From: a virus
Strand: one strand, 5' to 3'
Length of the DNA: 64,000 nt
IMG/VR virus record: IMGVR_UViG_3300026097_000009
Location: 90,862-154,861 of that record
The number at the start of each line of letters is the position of its first letter. Position 1 is the first letter of the stretch. This document shows positions 39,786 to 48,602 of this stretch, in pieces. The translations under genes and the position numbers were made by a program. The notes below the pieces were generated by a model, which did not search any database, had not been told where the DNA came from, and worked only from the letters and a program-made list of their open reading frames with translations.

Positions 39786-39810
39786 AAAGGAGTAGCAATG
39801 CTACTCCTTT
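39784..39810. terminator. Probable bidirectional intrinsic terminator between the convergent blocks
   Basis: Perfect 12-bp inverted repeat AAAGGAGTAGCA-A-TGCTACTCCTTT with A/T tracts at both ends. Confidence 0.8.
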
Positions 39811-39816
39811 ATGAAG

Positions 39817-40452
39817 TTATGCTTCTTCTTTTTTCTTAGAAGTAGTTTTCTTAGGAGCTGGATCTAAATCTTCAGCTTCTCTCCGCATACGAGCCGCTTC
39901 TTTATAAAGAGCATCTGCTTGACTACGCAGTGATTTAGCAAGGTCTTTATCCGACAATGCGGCATTTTCAGCTTGAGATGATTCAGCCGCCGGTGTTTGC
40001 ACAGGAGATTCTGCAACTGGGTTGTTAGTAGTTTTATTTGCAGTCGAGTCTGGAGTCCCTCCTTGTACAAAATTACATAGATCGTCAACTGTGCAATTTT
40101 TTTGTACCGCAATTTGCTGGTTAAGATTGTCTAAACGGACTGACTGGCTGTTATTAGGAACCATTTCAACTGAATCAGTAGGAACTTTCTGCAAACGATT
40201 CTCTACTCTTAGCGAGTTCAGCATATTTTGTCCGTCGGCAAAATAGTTTCTAAATAACACTTCCCCAAATTCGTATGCATCTTGTCCAGGAACACTTTCA
40301 ATTAATTCCATAATAGAATCGTGTTTATGATCAGGCAGATTGTTTACCGGTAATACCAGTGCTTGATCCGATTCTCCCGGTAGTGTTCTAAAAACTACAA
40401 CAACCCTGGCACCTGTGTTAATAATTCTTCCAACATGCTTTAAATTTGCCAT
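39817..40452 (-). CDS. Hypothetical phage protein
   Basis: 211 aa: globular N-domain, low-complexity linker, C-terminal coiled coil and basic tail. Confidence 0.8.
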   Translation of the reverse strand: MANLKHVGRIINTGARVVVVFRTLPGESDQALVLPVNNLPDHKHDSIMELIESVPGQDAYEFGEVLFRNYFADGQNMLNSLRVENRLQKVPTDSVEMVPNNSQSVRLDNLNQQIAVQKNCTVDDLCNFVQGGTPDSTANKTTNNPVAESPVQTPAAESSQAENAALSDKDLAKSLRSQADALYKEAARMRREAEDLDPAPKKTTSKKKEEA

Positions 40453-40453
40453 A

Positions 40454-40696
40454 TTATTGTTCCTTTGATGTTACTGTTTCAATGAATGTGTTGAGTCTAT
40501 TATAAGTTTTACCCACAGCTTCGAGTTCATTTGCTTTAAATGCACCTCGTTGCGAAGCAATATCGATAATACTTTTAATTGATACTAAATCGTTGATATT
40601 AAGCTCTGTACCGGCTTGCCCTTGTTCAGCATTCGTAGCTGGTTGGGGTTGTGCTGGCGCAGTTTCTTCAACATTGTCTTTTACTTCTTCAGTCAT
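40454..40696 (-). CDS. Hypothetical protein
   Basis: 80 aa with an AAGGAG SD; IIDIASQRGAFKANE motif. Confidence 0.8.
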   Translation of the reverse strand: MTEEVKDNVEETAPAQPQPATNAEQGQAGTELNINDLVSIKSIIDIASQRGAFKANELEAVGKTYNRLNTFIETVTSKEQ

Positions 40697-40959
40697 AACT
40701 TCTCCTTAATGTACGGACATGCTAACATAAAATATGTCAATTCTTTCTTAGTTTCAAATCCTACTACAAGTACCGGTTTATTTTTTCCTATTGAACTAGG
40801 CAACATACCGATGAAAAATCTATCCTGTAATTTTTTTGAAATCCAATTTTCTATTTCATATAATGTATACTCAGCCAAGTCTTTAAACTCGTATTTTGTA
40901 AAATGGCTAGGTATAAAATTTACCTGTCTCTTTTTTAATGCGTCTAATGGTTTAAGCAT
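40693..40959 (-). CDS. Hypothetical protein
   Basis: 88 aa; TAAATA at 40967-40972 lies 7 nt upstream. Confidence 0.7.
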   Translation of the reverse strand: MLKPLDALKKRQVNFIPSHFTKYEFKDLAEYTLYEIENWISKKLQDRFFIGMLPSSIGKNKPVLVVGFETKKELTYFMLACPYIKEKL

Positions 40960-40991
40960 TGTTTCTTATTTATGATTAAAATAGTAGCACT

Positions 40992-41378
40992 TTATTTTTT
41001 TTGGTTTTCGATTCTGTTATTCATTGCTTTCGCATATCCATATTTTTTAATATCGCCTGAAAACAAATATAATTCAAAGGCAACAGATTCTTTAAAAACA
41101 TATATTTTATGCTTATCTATATAATACGGAGAATCGATGTAGTTGTCAAGCCATAAAAGTACTTGAGGTGATATTTTGATTTCTTTTGGTAGATCTACAG
41201 GATATGATTTAATCTCGTTGTCATTTAGATGTTCAAATCCTTCTTCTGTCAATCGAAGTCCCCCTACTTGTTTGTCTCGTATATTGAACCACCACCTAGA
41301 TTTGTATAAATGCAGATCTTTAAGGTTGTCGTCGATAAGGTTTAAAAAATTTTTAGTATATAACTCTTTTTTACTCAT
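40992..41378 (-). CDS. Hypothetical protein
   Basis: 128 aa; overlaps the upstream gene. Confidence 0.75.
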   Translation of the reverse strand: MSKKELYTKNFLNLIDDNLKDLHLYKSRWWFNIRDKQVGGLRLTEEGFEHLNDNEIKSYPVDLPKEIKISPQVLLWLDNYIDSPYYIDKHKIYVFKESVAFELYLFSGDIKKYGYAKAMNNRIENQKK

Positions 41379-41661
41379 CTTCTACAAGAGTGCCGTTATT
41401 CAGTTGATAAACAGCAAAATCTGAGGTATTAAACAACTTGTTTAATTTTTTTGCTAAGTTGTGTGCATGCCCGGGATTTGAGAAGCTAACCTTCTTATAT
41501 TTAGGACCTGGATAACTAGACAGCATATTTCCGCTTTTTAGATTAAAAGGGTTTCCTTTATAGAATACAGCCCAAATGGCTTCTGCTTCTAGTATCTGTT
41601 CTACTTTATAAGTTTCTTTCTGAACGTGTTCTAAAAGAATAGTAGGTTTTGGTCTACTCAT
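41371..41661 (-). CDS. Hypothetical protein
   Basis: 96 aa (YPGPKYKKVSFSNPGHA); TAAATA at 41684-41689 upstream. Confidence 0.8.
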   Translation of the reverse strand: MSRPKPTILLEHVQKETYKVEQILEAEAIWAVFYKGNPFNLKSGNMLSSYPGPKYKKVSFSNPGHAHNLAKKLNKLFNTSDFAVYQLNNGTLVEDE

Positions 41662-41694
41662 ACATACATATCCATAATATATGTATTTATTCTT

Positions 41695-41937
41695 TTAGAA
41701 ATCGCCACCGTCGAATTTTACATCTACTACTTGTGAATCCTGAACCAGCTTTTCTAATTTTTGATGTATTTCTAACACTGTTTTGTTTAATCTTCCAGAA
41801 ACAAGTGCTAATTCGTCTACTACTTCTTTAGCTTCTTTCATGGTTAATCTAATTTCTTTTGCATTAGATTTCTCTGCTGATCTAATTCTCATTAATAGTT
41901 TTTCGATATTTGGTAAATTATTTGGTATTTCTTGCAT
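41695..41937 (-). CDS. Hypothetical protein
   Basis: 80-aa helical ORF ending DGGDF. Confidence 0.7.
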   Translation of the reverse strand: MQEIPNNLPNIEKLLMRIRSAEKSNAKEIRLTMKEAKEVVDELALVSGRLNKTVLEIHQKLEKLVQDSQVVDVKFDGGDF

Positions 41938-42739
41938 TGTACTTGTCCACTGCTTGAATATTTAACTCCTTCGTTGCAAATTCTGGAGTATTCCATATAT
42001 ACTTTTTAATAATATTTTTATAAAATCCTAAATTTAAATTTACGGGTTCGTCGTCTGTAAAAAAATTATAAATTTTTCTTGCTAAAATATTATGATTTGA
42101 TAGGCATAGATGATTATATCTGAGATCCATTCCTTTCCACAAGACAAACGTATCTGCTTCATTACATTCGTTTTTTTGAACATTAGCTAAGGTACCTATC
42201 GAGAACGATAAATCTTCCCATCCTTTCTCTATATTATCGTTATCGAACCCTTGCAATATTAAAGGAGTTCTTAAATTTTTTGTTTTGTAAGCTAACCAGC
42301 CGAATCTCCATTCGTTCCACAAATCGTCTAGCTTATCTCGTTGTATTTGAGATATAAATCCTAAAATTGCATCTTGTTTTTCTTTACTTTCTATATATTT
42401 CGAAATACCTGCTGTTCCGCTACCGAGTATTGTTGAAAAATTAGATAATTCAGGATCTTCTTGAATAAACCAAAATCTAGATTTTTGGGTAGTTACTACG
42501 ATTAAATAGTCTTCTTTGGTAATGTTGGAAAATACTTCTTTGTTTAGCTGATCGAAAATATAATCTTGAGCTACACCTGCTACACTGTAATTTTTAAGAT
42601 ATGTAACACCTAACATATTTGCAATTTGTCTGTGCCAAAAAGGAGCACTTTGAGCATGCGGACTATTTTTATATTCATCGCATCTGAAATGATAAGAAAA
42701 ACTATCACCAACAATGTAAAGAGTACTATTTGTTGGCAT
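41918..42739 (-). CDS. SGNH/GDSL-hydrolase-like protein
   Basis: LYIVGDSF, NYSVAG and C-terminal NHL motifs. Confidence 0.55.
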   Translation of the reverse strand: MPTNSTLYIVGDSFSYHFRCDEYKNSPHAQSAPFWHRQIANMLGVTYLKNYSVAGVAQDYIFDQLNKEVFSNITKEDYLIVVTTQKSRFWFIQEDPELSNFSTILGSGTAGISKYIESKEKQDAILGFISQIQRDKLDDLWNEWRFGWLAYKTKNLRTPLILQGFDNDNIEKGWEDLSFSIGTLANVQKNECNEADTFVLWKGMDLRYNHLCLSNHNILARKIYNFFTDDEPVNLNLGFYKNIIKKYIWNTPEFATKELNIQAVDKYNARNTK

Positions 42740-43214
42740 TGCTTAATGCTTGCTTCATCTCTAGTTCTGTTTTAAAAGGTCCGTTGTACGGATATCTTTG
42801 AATTGTAATAAGTTTAGGACAAAAACTTTTAACCCATCCTTTATTAAATTTAATAATATAATATCCAGCACAATATAAACTTTTAGAATCTTTACTCTTT
42901 GTGAAAAGCGGAATTTTTCTATGCAAATCGTACATTGTGTTGAATGGTTTGCAACTTGAAGAAAATCCGTGAACAGTGTGCTCGTCTATTTTACTATCGT
43001 TTGTTGTATCGACTGGAATAAAGAATTCGCTTCCAAATTCGCTTTCAATATGTTTTTTATTTTTAAAGAATACTACACCGTTTTCATTACTCAACACAAA
43101 CCGGTTATCTTCGTTTTTTCGAAGGGTAGCACAAGTAACTCCATCTTGTTCAACTAACCAAAATTTATCTTTTAATACGGGTTTTGCCCGTAACATAGTT
43201 TTAGATTTATTCAT
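42726..43214 (-). CDS. Hypothetical phage protein
   Basis: 162 aa (SKSLYCAGYY..FCPKL..GPFKT). Confidence 0.8.
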   Translation of the reverse strand: MNKSKTMLRAKPVLKDKFWLVEQDGVTCATLRKNEDNRFVLSNENGVVFFKNKKHIESEFGSEFFIPVDTTNDSKIDEHTVHGFSSSCKPFNTMYDLHRKIPLFTKSKDSKSLYCAGYYIIKFNKGWVKSFCPKLITIQRYPYNGPFKTELEMKQALSNANK

Positions 43215-44196
43215 TTATGTACCTTGCATTTAATGGTTCAGCATAATACTGTACTTGGTCTGAAATTTTTTGTAAATCATACAAATGACAGAATTTAAGT
43301 AGTCTAATTCCAACTTGATTTATATTTTTAGGATTATCCGTTGCTTCGTTTATTGTTTCTTTGATTATGTTTCTAATGTCATCAGGTTGTGCCGTTAGAT
43401 CTATAAGTTGACGATTACGTTCGTAGTCATCTAGCACACGATGCTCCTCACCTTTGTGATCAACCCAGCGTTGAAGCATTAGGTTATTCCAGTTAAACCC
43501 TTTCGAATTTTTATCTTCGAACGCTTCTAACAGGCCTACTTTGTTCTTGGTACCTTTTTTACGAACACCCGGATAAGCACTGAATACGTTATCGCTTGTG
43601 TCACCCCTTACACATTTTTCAAACAAAAGCCATTGTGGATCTGGAGCCGGTTTAGGTTCTCCGGTTTTTTTATCAACCACAGACTTTCCAGCATCAGTAA
43701 AATACCCTTCGTGTGTTGTTGTTGTATTACTTACACCGTTATACTGTTTTACATTAGGAGAAATTAACTGTGCAAAGTCTGAGTCAGTTGAAATAATTAC
43801 ATGATCTTCATTTGGGTGTTGTTGAATCCATCCTGCAATCAAGTCGTCTGCTTCCAGTTGTTTATGCTGTAGCACCGTGCAATTCGTTTTTTCAGCAATA
43901 AAATCCTTGAATGTGTCAAACGCTTCCCAAAATATTTTTTCTTCTTCTTGTTCTTTTTCAGTGAGTGCGGCTCGTGCCTCGGTCCTGTTTCTCTTATAAG
44001 GCTCATAATAATCTTTACGCCAACTGCGTCCTTCTAAACAAAAAACAACATGGCTTCCGTCGAAATCTTGCCATGCTTTCTTAATACTATTCAATGTAAT
44101 ATGAAAAGCCATTCCGAGCTTAATATCAGCATCACCTTTTATTGCATGCCTAGCTCTAAAAAATGTGTTTGCGGTATCTACTAAAATATATGTCAT
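43207..44196 (-). CDS. rnh: RNase H / 5'-3' exonuclease (T4 rnh, FEN-like)
   Basis: ILVD, SWRK..YKRNR, EADD, STDSDF.QL and GDTSDNV motifs. Confidence 0.9.
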   Translation of the reverse strand: MTYILVDTANTFFRARHAIKGDADIKLGMAFHITLNSIKKAWQDFDGSHVVFCLEGRSWRKDYYEPYKRNRTEARAALTEKEQEEEKIFWEAFDTFKDFIAEKTNCTVLQHKQLEADDLIAGWIQQHPNEDHVIISTDSDFAQLISPNVKQYNGVSNTTTTHEGYFTDAGKSVVDKKTGEPKPAPDPQWLLFEKCVRGDTSDNVFSAYPGVRKKGTKNKVGLLEAFEDKNSKGFNWNNLMLQRWVDHKGEEHRVLDDYERNRQLIDLTAQPDDIRNIIKETINEATDNPKNINQVGIRLLKFCHLYDLQKISDQVQYYAEPLNARYINE

Positions 44197-44588
44197 GAAT
44201 TATTTCTTTTTACTGAGTTAATATCAATTACTCCAGTATTAACTGGACCACCATACTCTCCGTCTACTACTACATTAGCACACAGTTCTCTAAACCAACG
44301 ATCTACAACTTCTTCGTCGGGATCTCCTTCTAACCCATACCCTTGTCCTCTTAGTTGTTCGATGAAATACTTGTTCCAGTCAAGTTCAAAAAATCCGTTG
44401 CGAACATTTTCTTTATTAACATGTGTTTCTACTACGCCTACCCAAGGTTCTTTTTTTCGTGTAGCTCGTTCTTTTTCGCTGAGTGTTTTAAGTTCTGCTT
44501 GTTCTTCTAGTTCTTTAGCTTTAGCAAGAGTAGCTTCTGCCTCTGCTTTAAGCTTGTCAAGACCTGTTATTTTTTCTAACCATTTCAT
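44193..44588 (-). CDS. Hypothetical protein
   Basis: Start reassigned to MKWLEK (ATG at 44588), just after the upstream stop; GFFELDWN motif. Confidence 0.75.
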   Translation of the reverse strand: MKWLEKITGLDKLKAEAEATLAKAKELEEQAELKTLSEKERATRKKEPWVGVVETHVNKENVRNGFFELDWNKYFIEQLRGQGYGLEGDPDEEVVDRWFRELCANVVVDGEYGGPVNTGVIDINSVKRNNS

Positions 44589-44589
44589 A

Positions 44590-44871
44590 TCAATACCACC
44601 CCATTGCTCTACCAAAACCGAATATGTTAACAATTGCAAAGTAGAAAGTTAACAGCATGATCCATGCCGCACCTCTACGCCAACTTGCGTAAACCTGTGT
44701 AATTGCACCAATAAAGAAATTAGGATAAACAAATCTCATATCGGGATCGTCGGCATTTATTGCGAGATACAAACTTGCAATAACTGTAAAAACAAAACTA
44801 ACAAGTTCAAATCCAAATGCTACACGATCTGATTGATAACTGTTGATCCAAAAATCTTTAACAGTTTGCAT
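44590..44871 (-). CDS. Small three-helix membrane protein
   Basis: Three hydrophobic segments; TGATG coupling to queE gives the start MQTVKDF at 44871. Confidence 0.7.
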   Translation of the reverse strand: MQTVKDFWINSYQSDRVAFGFELVSFVFTVIASLYLAINADDPDMRFVYPNFFIGAITQVYASWRRGAAWIMLLTFYFAIVNIFGFGRAMGWY

Positions 44872-45719
44872 CAAGTGCCCCACTCATTCTTAAACAACGG
44901 CACTTGTAGTCTATCTGAATACCTAACACCGTTTGCCATAGCAAGTTCCGCTACACGGCGGTTGTTAAGCTCGTAGACACCTTCTGTGCCACCTACAGGC
45001 ATCAAATACACAGGCCCTGTAAACCCTTCCGCACGATAAATGTCTGCGGCTTCTAGTGCTTCCTCTGCATCTTCTTCTGTAGCAACTACAAACTTCAAAT
45101 ATGTATAACCCGCTTCTTCATACTCGCATACGATATCAGGGCGAATAGCTTCACTGGAATCTTCACCACTACAACTAAGTTTAGCACTTACTGAAAATGT
45201 AACTTCTCTATCATCTCGCTGTGCCGTCCACGACCTCAAATACCGTTTAAAGTCTGCGTGTAACTTCTGGGTACCATTTGTTTCAAATGTAATCTCTTTA
45301 AGCAGTTGCATACTTTCGTTATCCAGTAAGTCAGGATATGCTCTCTGCCATCCTAACAACGGCTCACCGCCTGTGATTACAAGATGCTCATCTTCCCAGC
45401 CATCCCCTGGCAACAATTCACAGATGCGATCAGCAATGCCATCTGTTTCCATCATAGGTGAAAGATGTTTAAATCTTGGATCCCACGAAGCATAACTGTC
45501 ACAGCCTGTTGCCACAATAGGCAACTCTTCATATGTGCTATACTTGTCAATGTCTTTTGCGATAACGTCGTGTGCTGTGCTAGATTCGCCTTTAGGCATA
45601 TTAAAGCCACTACAGGTAAAGTTACACCCGAATGTACGCAAGAAAATACTAGGCACGCCCATATAGCGGCCTTCGCCTTGAATGCTGTAAAACAGCTCTG
45701 CTATTTTAATTTTGCTCAT
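44871..45719 (-). CDS. queE: 7-carboxy-7-deazaguanine synthase (radical SAM)
   Basis: ELFYSIQGEG..G.PSIFLRTFGCN, VITGGEPL, FETNGT, SVSAKL, KFVV, YLMPVG and RLQV motifs. Confidence 0.9.
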   Translation of the reverse strand: MSKIKIAELFYSIQGEGRYMGVPSIFLRTFGCNFTCSGFNMPKGESSTAHDVIAKDIDKYSTYEELPIVATGCDSYASWDPRFKHLSPMMETDGIADRICELLPGDGWEDEHLVITGGEPLLGWQRAYPDLLDNESMQLLKEITFETNGTQKLHADFKRYLRSWTAQRDDREVTFSVSAKLSCSGEDSSEAIRPDIVCEYEEAGYTYLKFVVATEEDAEEALEAADIYRAEGFTGPVYLMPVGGTEGVYELNNRRVAELAMANGVRYSDRLQVPLFKNEWGT

Positions 45720-45907
45720 TGTTCTATATTACTATCTTTATCTTTCTTTGTCAAGGTAATATTACCGTTGTCGTCCTTACCCCACAACAATGTGTCACCT
45801 TCAGTCCAACCCATTTTTTCCAACATCTCGTCCGGAAATTGAAGAATTAAATCCTTAGTATCTGGATCTTCTACGAGTTCAACTTTCCATTGATTTTTCA
45901 TCATCAT
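45716..45907 (-). CDS. AbrB/MazE-like small DNA-binding protein
   Basis: LILQFPDEMLEKMGWTEGDTL motif. Confidence 0.7.
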   Translation of the reverse strand: MMMKNQWKVELVEDPDTKDLILQFPDEMLEKMGWTEGDTLLWGKDDNGNITLTKKDKDSNIEQ

Positions 45908-46721
45908 CTCCTAGTATGTACGGAATATATTTTTCAGCAATCAATTTATGATATTCTGTATTATAGTGTTCCGTATCTTCTAATAAATAATCAAGATGAT
46001 TTACACCATTTTGCAAAAAATATTCGCTTGCTGAAATCTTATTAAAATTTCCCTTTATTTTTCCATAATAATTTATATCAAAATCATAATATGTTTCTGG
46101 CTTCATTTTAAATAGATGAAGATTTACATTTCTTTCTCTACACATATTGTCAATGGTATACAACCACATCATTTGATCTTGTTTTTCTAACCAAGTGTTT
46201 AATTCAAAAAACAGTTTGATTTTCCAAAATTTTTCTTTCCATATATCAGGCTGAGATATGCCATCATCCATTGACACTCCTATTCCTGGAAATTTATCCC
46301 AATCTTCAGGGGAAGGCTTAAAGAATGCTTGAACTACATCTTCATATAGAGTATAATCCATCATTCTTATAAAGTATTCATCTCGATGAATCACTTTTGA
46401 CAGATAATCACAATCGATTAAATCAGTCCTAAAACTATCAAATGCAATTACAATTCTACTGGGGTATGTAAGTTGAATCACTATGTCTTGTAGATTTTCA
46501 AATTTATCTAAAACATTTTTTGCCCAATTTACAAAAACTCTATTAGAAGCCCCTCCCATTGCATAAACTGCTCCGGGGGTTTTAGTTGTATCTAAAAAAT
46601 GTTCAGCATAATTGTTATCGTTCCACATAGTGCCGCCCTTTTCAGGGTCTAAATCGCCGATGTAACCGTTTGTGTGACTATCACCAATAAAAGCAATTTT
46701 TACCTCAGCATCCGTCGCCAT
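45879..46721 (-). CDS. SGNH/GDSL-hydrolase-like protein
   Basis: IAFIGDSH, GGASN and C-terminal DTEH (DxxH) motifs. Confidence 0.6.
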   Translation of the reverse strand: MATDAEVKIAFIGDSHTNGYIGDLDPEKGGTMWNDNNYAEHFLDTTKTPGAVYAMGGASNRVFVNWAKNVLDKFENLQDIVIQLTYPSRIVIAFDSFRTDLIDCDYLSKVIHRDEYFIRMMDYTLYEDVVQAFFKPSPEDWDKFPGIGVSMDDGISQPDIWKEKFWKIKLFFELNTWLEKQDQMMWLYTIDNMCRERNVNLHLFKMKPETYYDFDINYYGKIKGNFNKISASEYFLQNGVNHLDYLLEDTEHYNTEYHKLIAEKYIPYILGDDDEKSMES

Positions 46722-47094
46722 ATATCACATCCCCTATTTCATCTGTGTTTACTTGATCCTTTTTGTAGTTGCCCTTCTCGGGGATAACGTGTCGAACACC
46801 GCCTCGTGGATCCTTCATATCGCCTGCCCTTCGTGGAATAAGATGAACGTGTGGATACATAACAGTCTGTCCAGCACTTTCGCCGTGATTAACTCCAACA
46901 TTAAATCCATCGCAATACCCTGCGAGAACAAGTTCCTGGCCGTGCTTGTATGCTTCTACAAGACATTTTCCGACAAGTTCAAACTCGTCTTCTCGAGGAA
47001 CAAACAATAAATGTCCTTCTGTTACAGGATATCCGTCATTGTAAACTGTAAAATCGTCTTCTTCCCAAACTACATCAGTCCAAGGTCCGTTCAT
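46705..47094 (-). CDS. HIT-family nucleotide hydrolase
   Basis: PVTEGHLLFVP..FNVGVNHG..AGQTV..HVHLIPR; the first triad His is replaced (YPHVH). Start is ATGA-coupled at 47094. Confidence 0.9.
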   Translation of the reverse strand: MNGPWTDVVWEEDDFTVYNDGYPVTEGHLLFVPREDEFELVGKCLVEAYKHGQELVLAGYCDGFNVGVNHGESAGQTVMYPHVHLIPRRAGDMKDPRGGVRHVIPEKGNYKKDQVNTDEIGDVIYGDGC

Positions 47095-47591
47095 TGTCCT
47101 ACATTCTCCCAGGGATATACAAGCCAAACGTCTTCTTCGGCTTTGTTAACTTCGTGTGTGTAATAGTTTACACCGTCAAACTCTGAACTTAGGTTTTCTG
47201 TGATAACAGCAAAGCGAACATTATCGCCCCATACAGTTTCCGCACCGTTGTATACACTGCTGTGCCAATCCTGTTTGATCCAGTTGAATGTAGCCCCAGT
47301 GTCGTTAATGTCATCCACGATGAGAATTTTTTTCTGTGCAGTCTCGTCACTGCCAAATGCATCTTCAGCCATCCAGCAGTTTGTTTCACACTGATCACCG
47401 TCTCTTAGACTTATTTTAAGGGCCTCTCCGCGGATTCCTAGCATATTGCTTAGTATGGTAGCAGGGACATTGCCACCGCGTGTAATACCTACAATGTAGT
47501 CAGGACGCCACGCATCTTTGTACATTTGTAGTGCGATGTTTACGCAGGCTGTCTCTACATCCTGCCAACTATAATAATGTTTCTTAATCAT
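47091..47591 (-). CDS. Type I purine phosphoribosyltransferase (Gpt-like)
   Basis: IVGITRGG, PRPP loop LIVDDINDTGAT and WLVYPWE. Confidence 0.9.
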   Translation of the reverse strand: MIKKHYYSWQDVETACVNIALQMYKDAWRPDYIVGITRGGNVPATILSNMLGIRGEALKISLRDGDQCETNCWMAEDAFGSDETAQKKILIVDDINDTGATFNWIKQDWHSSVYNGAETVWGDNVRFAVITENLSSEFDGVNYYTHEVNKAEEDVWLVYPWENVGQ

Positions 47592-47799
47592 TTTCTTTCC
47601 TTGCTTTTACTTTAGGATGAATTGTTTTATCATTATAAATATCTCCTGCTAGAGCTTGAATCTGATCTACAAGGTGATCTACATACTCTGCGTTATAAGA
47701 TTCGCCCGCGGCAACTCGATATTTTTCTCGATGTGCTAAGACAGCAAGACCGTGCATAGCACTTACTTTGTCCATTAACTGTTGTATGGTGTGTTGCAT
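47584..47799 (-). CDS. Hypothetical protein
   Basis: 71 aa; TAATG-coupled to the upstream gene. Confidence 0.7.
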   Translation of the reverse strand: MQHTIQQLMDKVSAMHGLAVLAHREKYRVAAGESYNAEYVDHLVDQIQALAGDIYNDKTIHPKVKARKEND

Positions 47800-48227
47800 T
47801 ACACACTTCCTTCATATTTGTCTTTTAAATATGTATGATTGTCTACCCATTCACCTTCGCGGACGAATCCCCACTCTCTTAGTTTAGGACCTGGAATAAA
47901 GAGTGTCCAAGTATCAACGCCAGGCACAAGCTCAATGCGATGGAGACTCTTAGGACTACATATTCTAAAATGCCCAGGGGCTCTCCAGAACCGTCCTTTT
48001 GGAGTAGTTTCCCAGTAACCCCCACGCAAAATAAGAGCGAAATAAGGCCAAGGGTGATCGTGTAAGTCATCTAAGTCTCCTTTGTGAAAGTTGTGTAAAA
48101 AGACATTAAACGGAAACCATTTACGATCTTTTAAAAATAAGTAGTAGCGAGTTAGGTAAGGCTCATTAGCATAGCGATCCATAATAATTCGCTTTCGGCC
48201 TAATTTTTCAAGTGCTTTTAGGATCAT
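47799..48227 (-). CDS. Cupin-like protein
   Basis: LHDHPW..LILRGGYWE..HRIEL..WTLF cupin motifs. Confidence 0.7.
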   Translation of the reverse strand: MILKALEKLGRKRIIMDRYANEPYLTRYYLFLKDRKWFPFNVFLHNFHKGDLDDLHDHPWPYFALILRGGYWETTPKGRFWRAPGHFRICSPKSLHRIELVPGVDTWTLFIPGPKLREWGFVREGEWVDNHTYLKDKYEGSV

Positions 48228-48429
48228 TGTTTGTCCTCTTGTGTGCTTTGTGCATATTTGCCCATTCTTTGCGTCTATCTTTCTTGCTCTGAACGTTTTC
48301 TATATCAATCAGTTCACTTAAATGAAAGTCCGGGTGTTCGGCATAAAATTTTTCACAGGCTTTGATGTGATTTTCAGCCTTGATCTTTTTACGCTTGCGT
48401 CCCTTGGTGTAAAAAATAAAAGTGTCCAT
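48208..48429 (-). CDS. Hypothetical basic protein
   Basis: Start reassigned to MDTFIF (ATG at 48429, TAATG-coupled). Confidence 0.6.
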   Translation of the reverse strand: MDTFIFYTKGRKRKKIKAENHIKACEKFYAEHPDFHLSELIDIENVQSKKDRRKEWANMHKAHKRTNNDPKST

Positions 48430-48602
48430 TAGTCTAAATCCTTGTACTCTACTACAACACCATTCTCTCCCCAAATTTTAGCTTGTTTTTCTGCTTCTTC
48501 TCTTGAGTCGTGTAAAACAATTTCAAGCCCATCGGGACCTTCTTTCGTCACAAATATCCAATCATCGTCCGGCATTGGAACTTTTACTGCATATTTAGGC
48601 AC
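48429..48602 (-). CDS. Small hypothetical protein (57 aa, not in ORF track)
   Basis: GTG start: MPKYAVKVPMPDDDWIFVTKEGPDGLEIVLHDSREEAEKQAKIWGENGVVVEYKDLD. Fills the gap exactly and overlaps both neighbours. Confidence 0.65.
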   Translation of the reverse strand: MPKYAVKVPMPDDDWIFVTKEGPDGLEIVLHDSREEAEKQAKIWGENGVVVEYKDLD

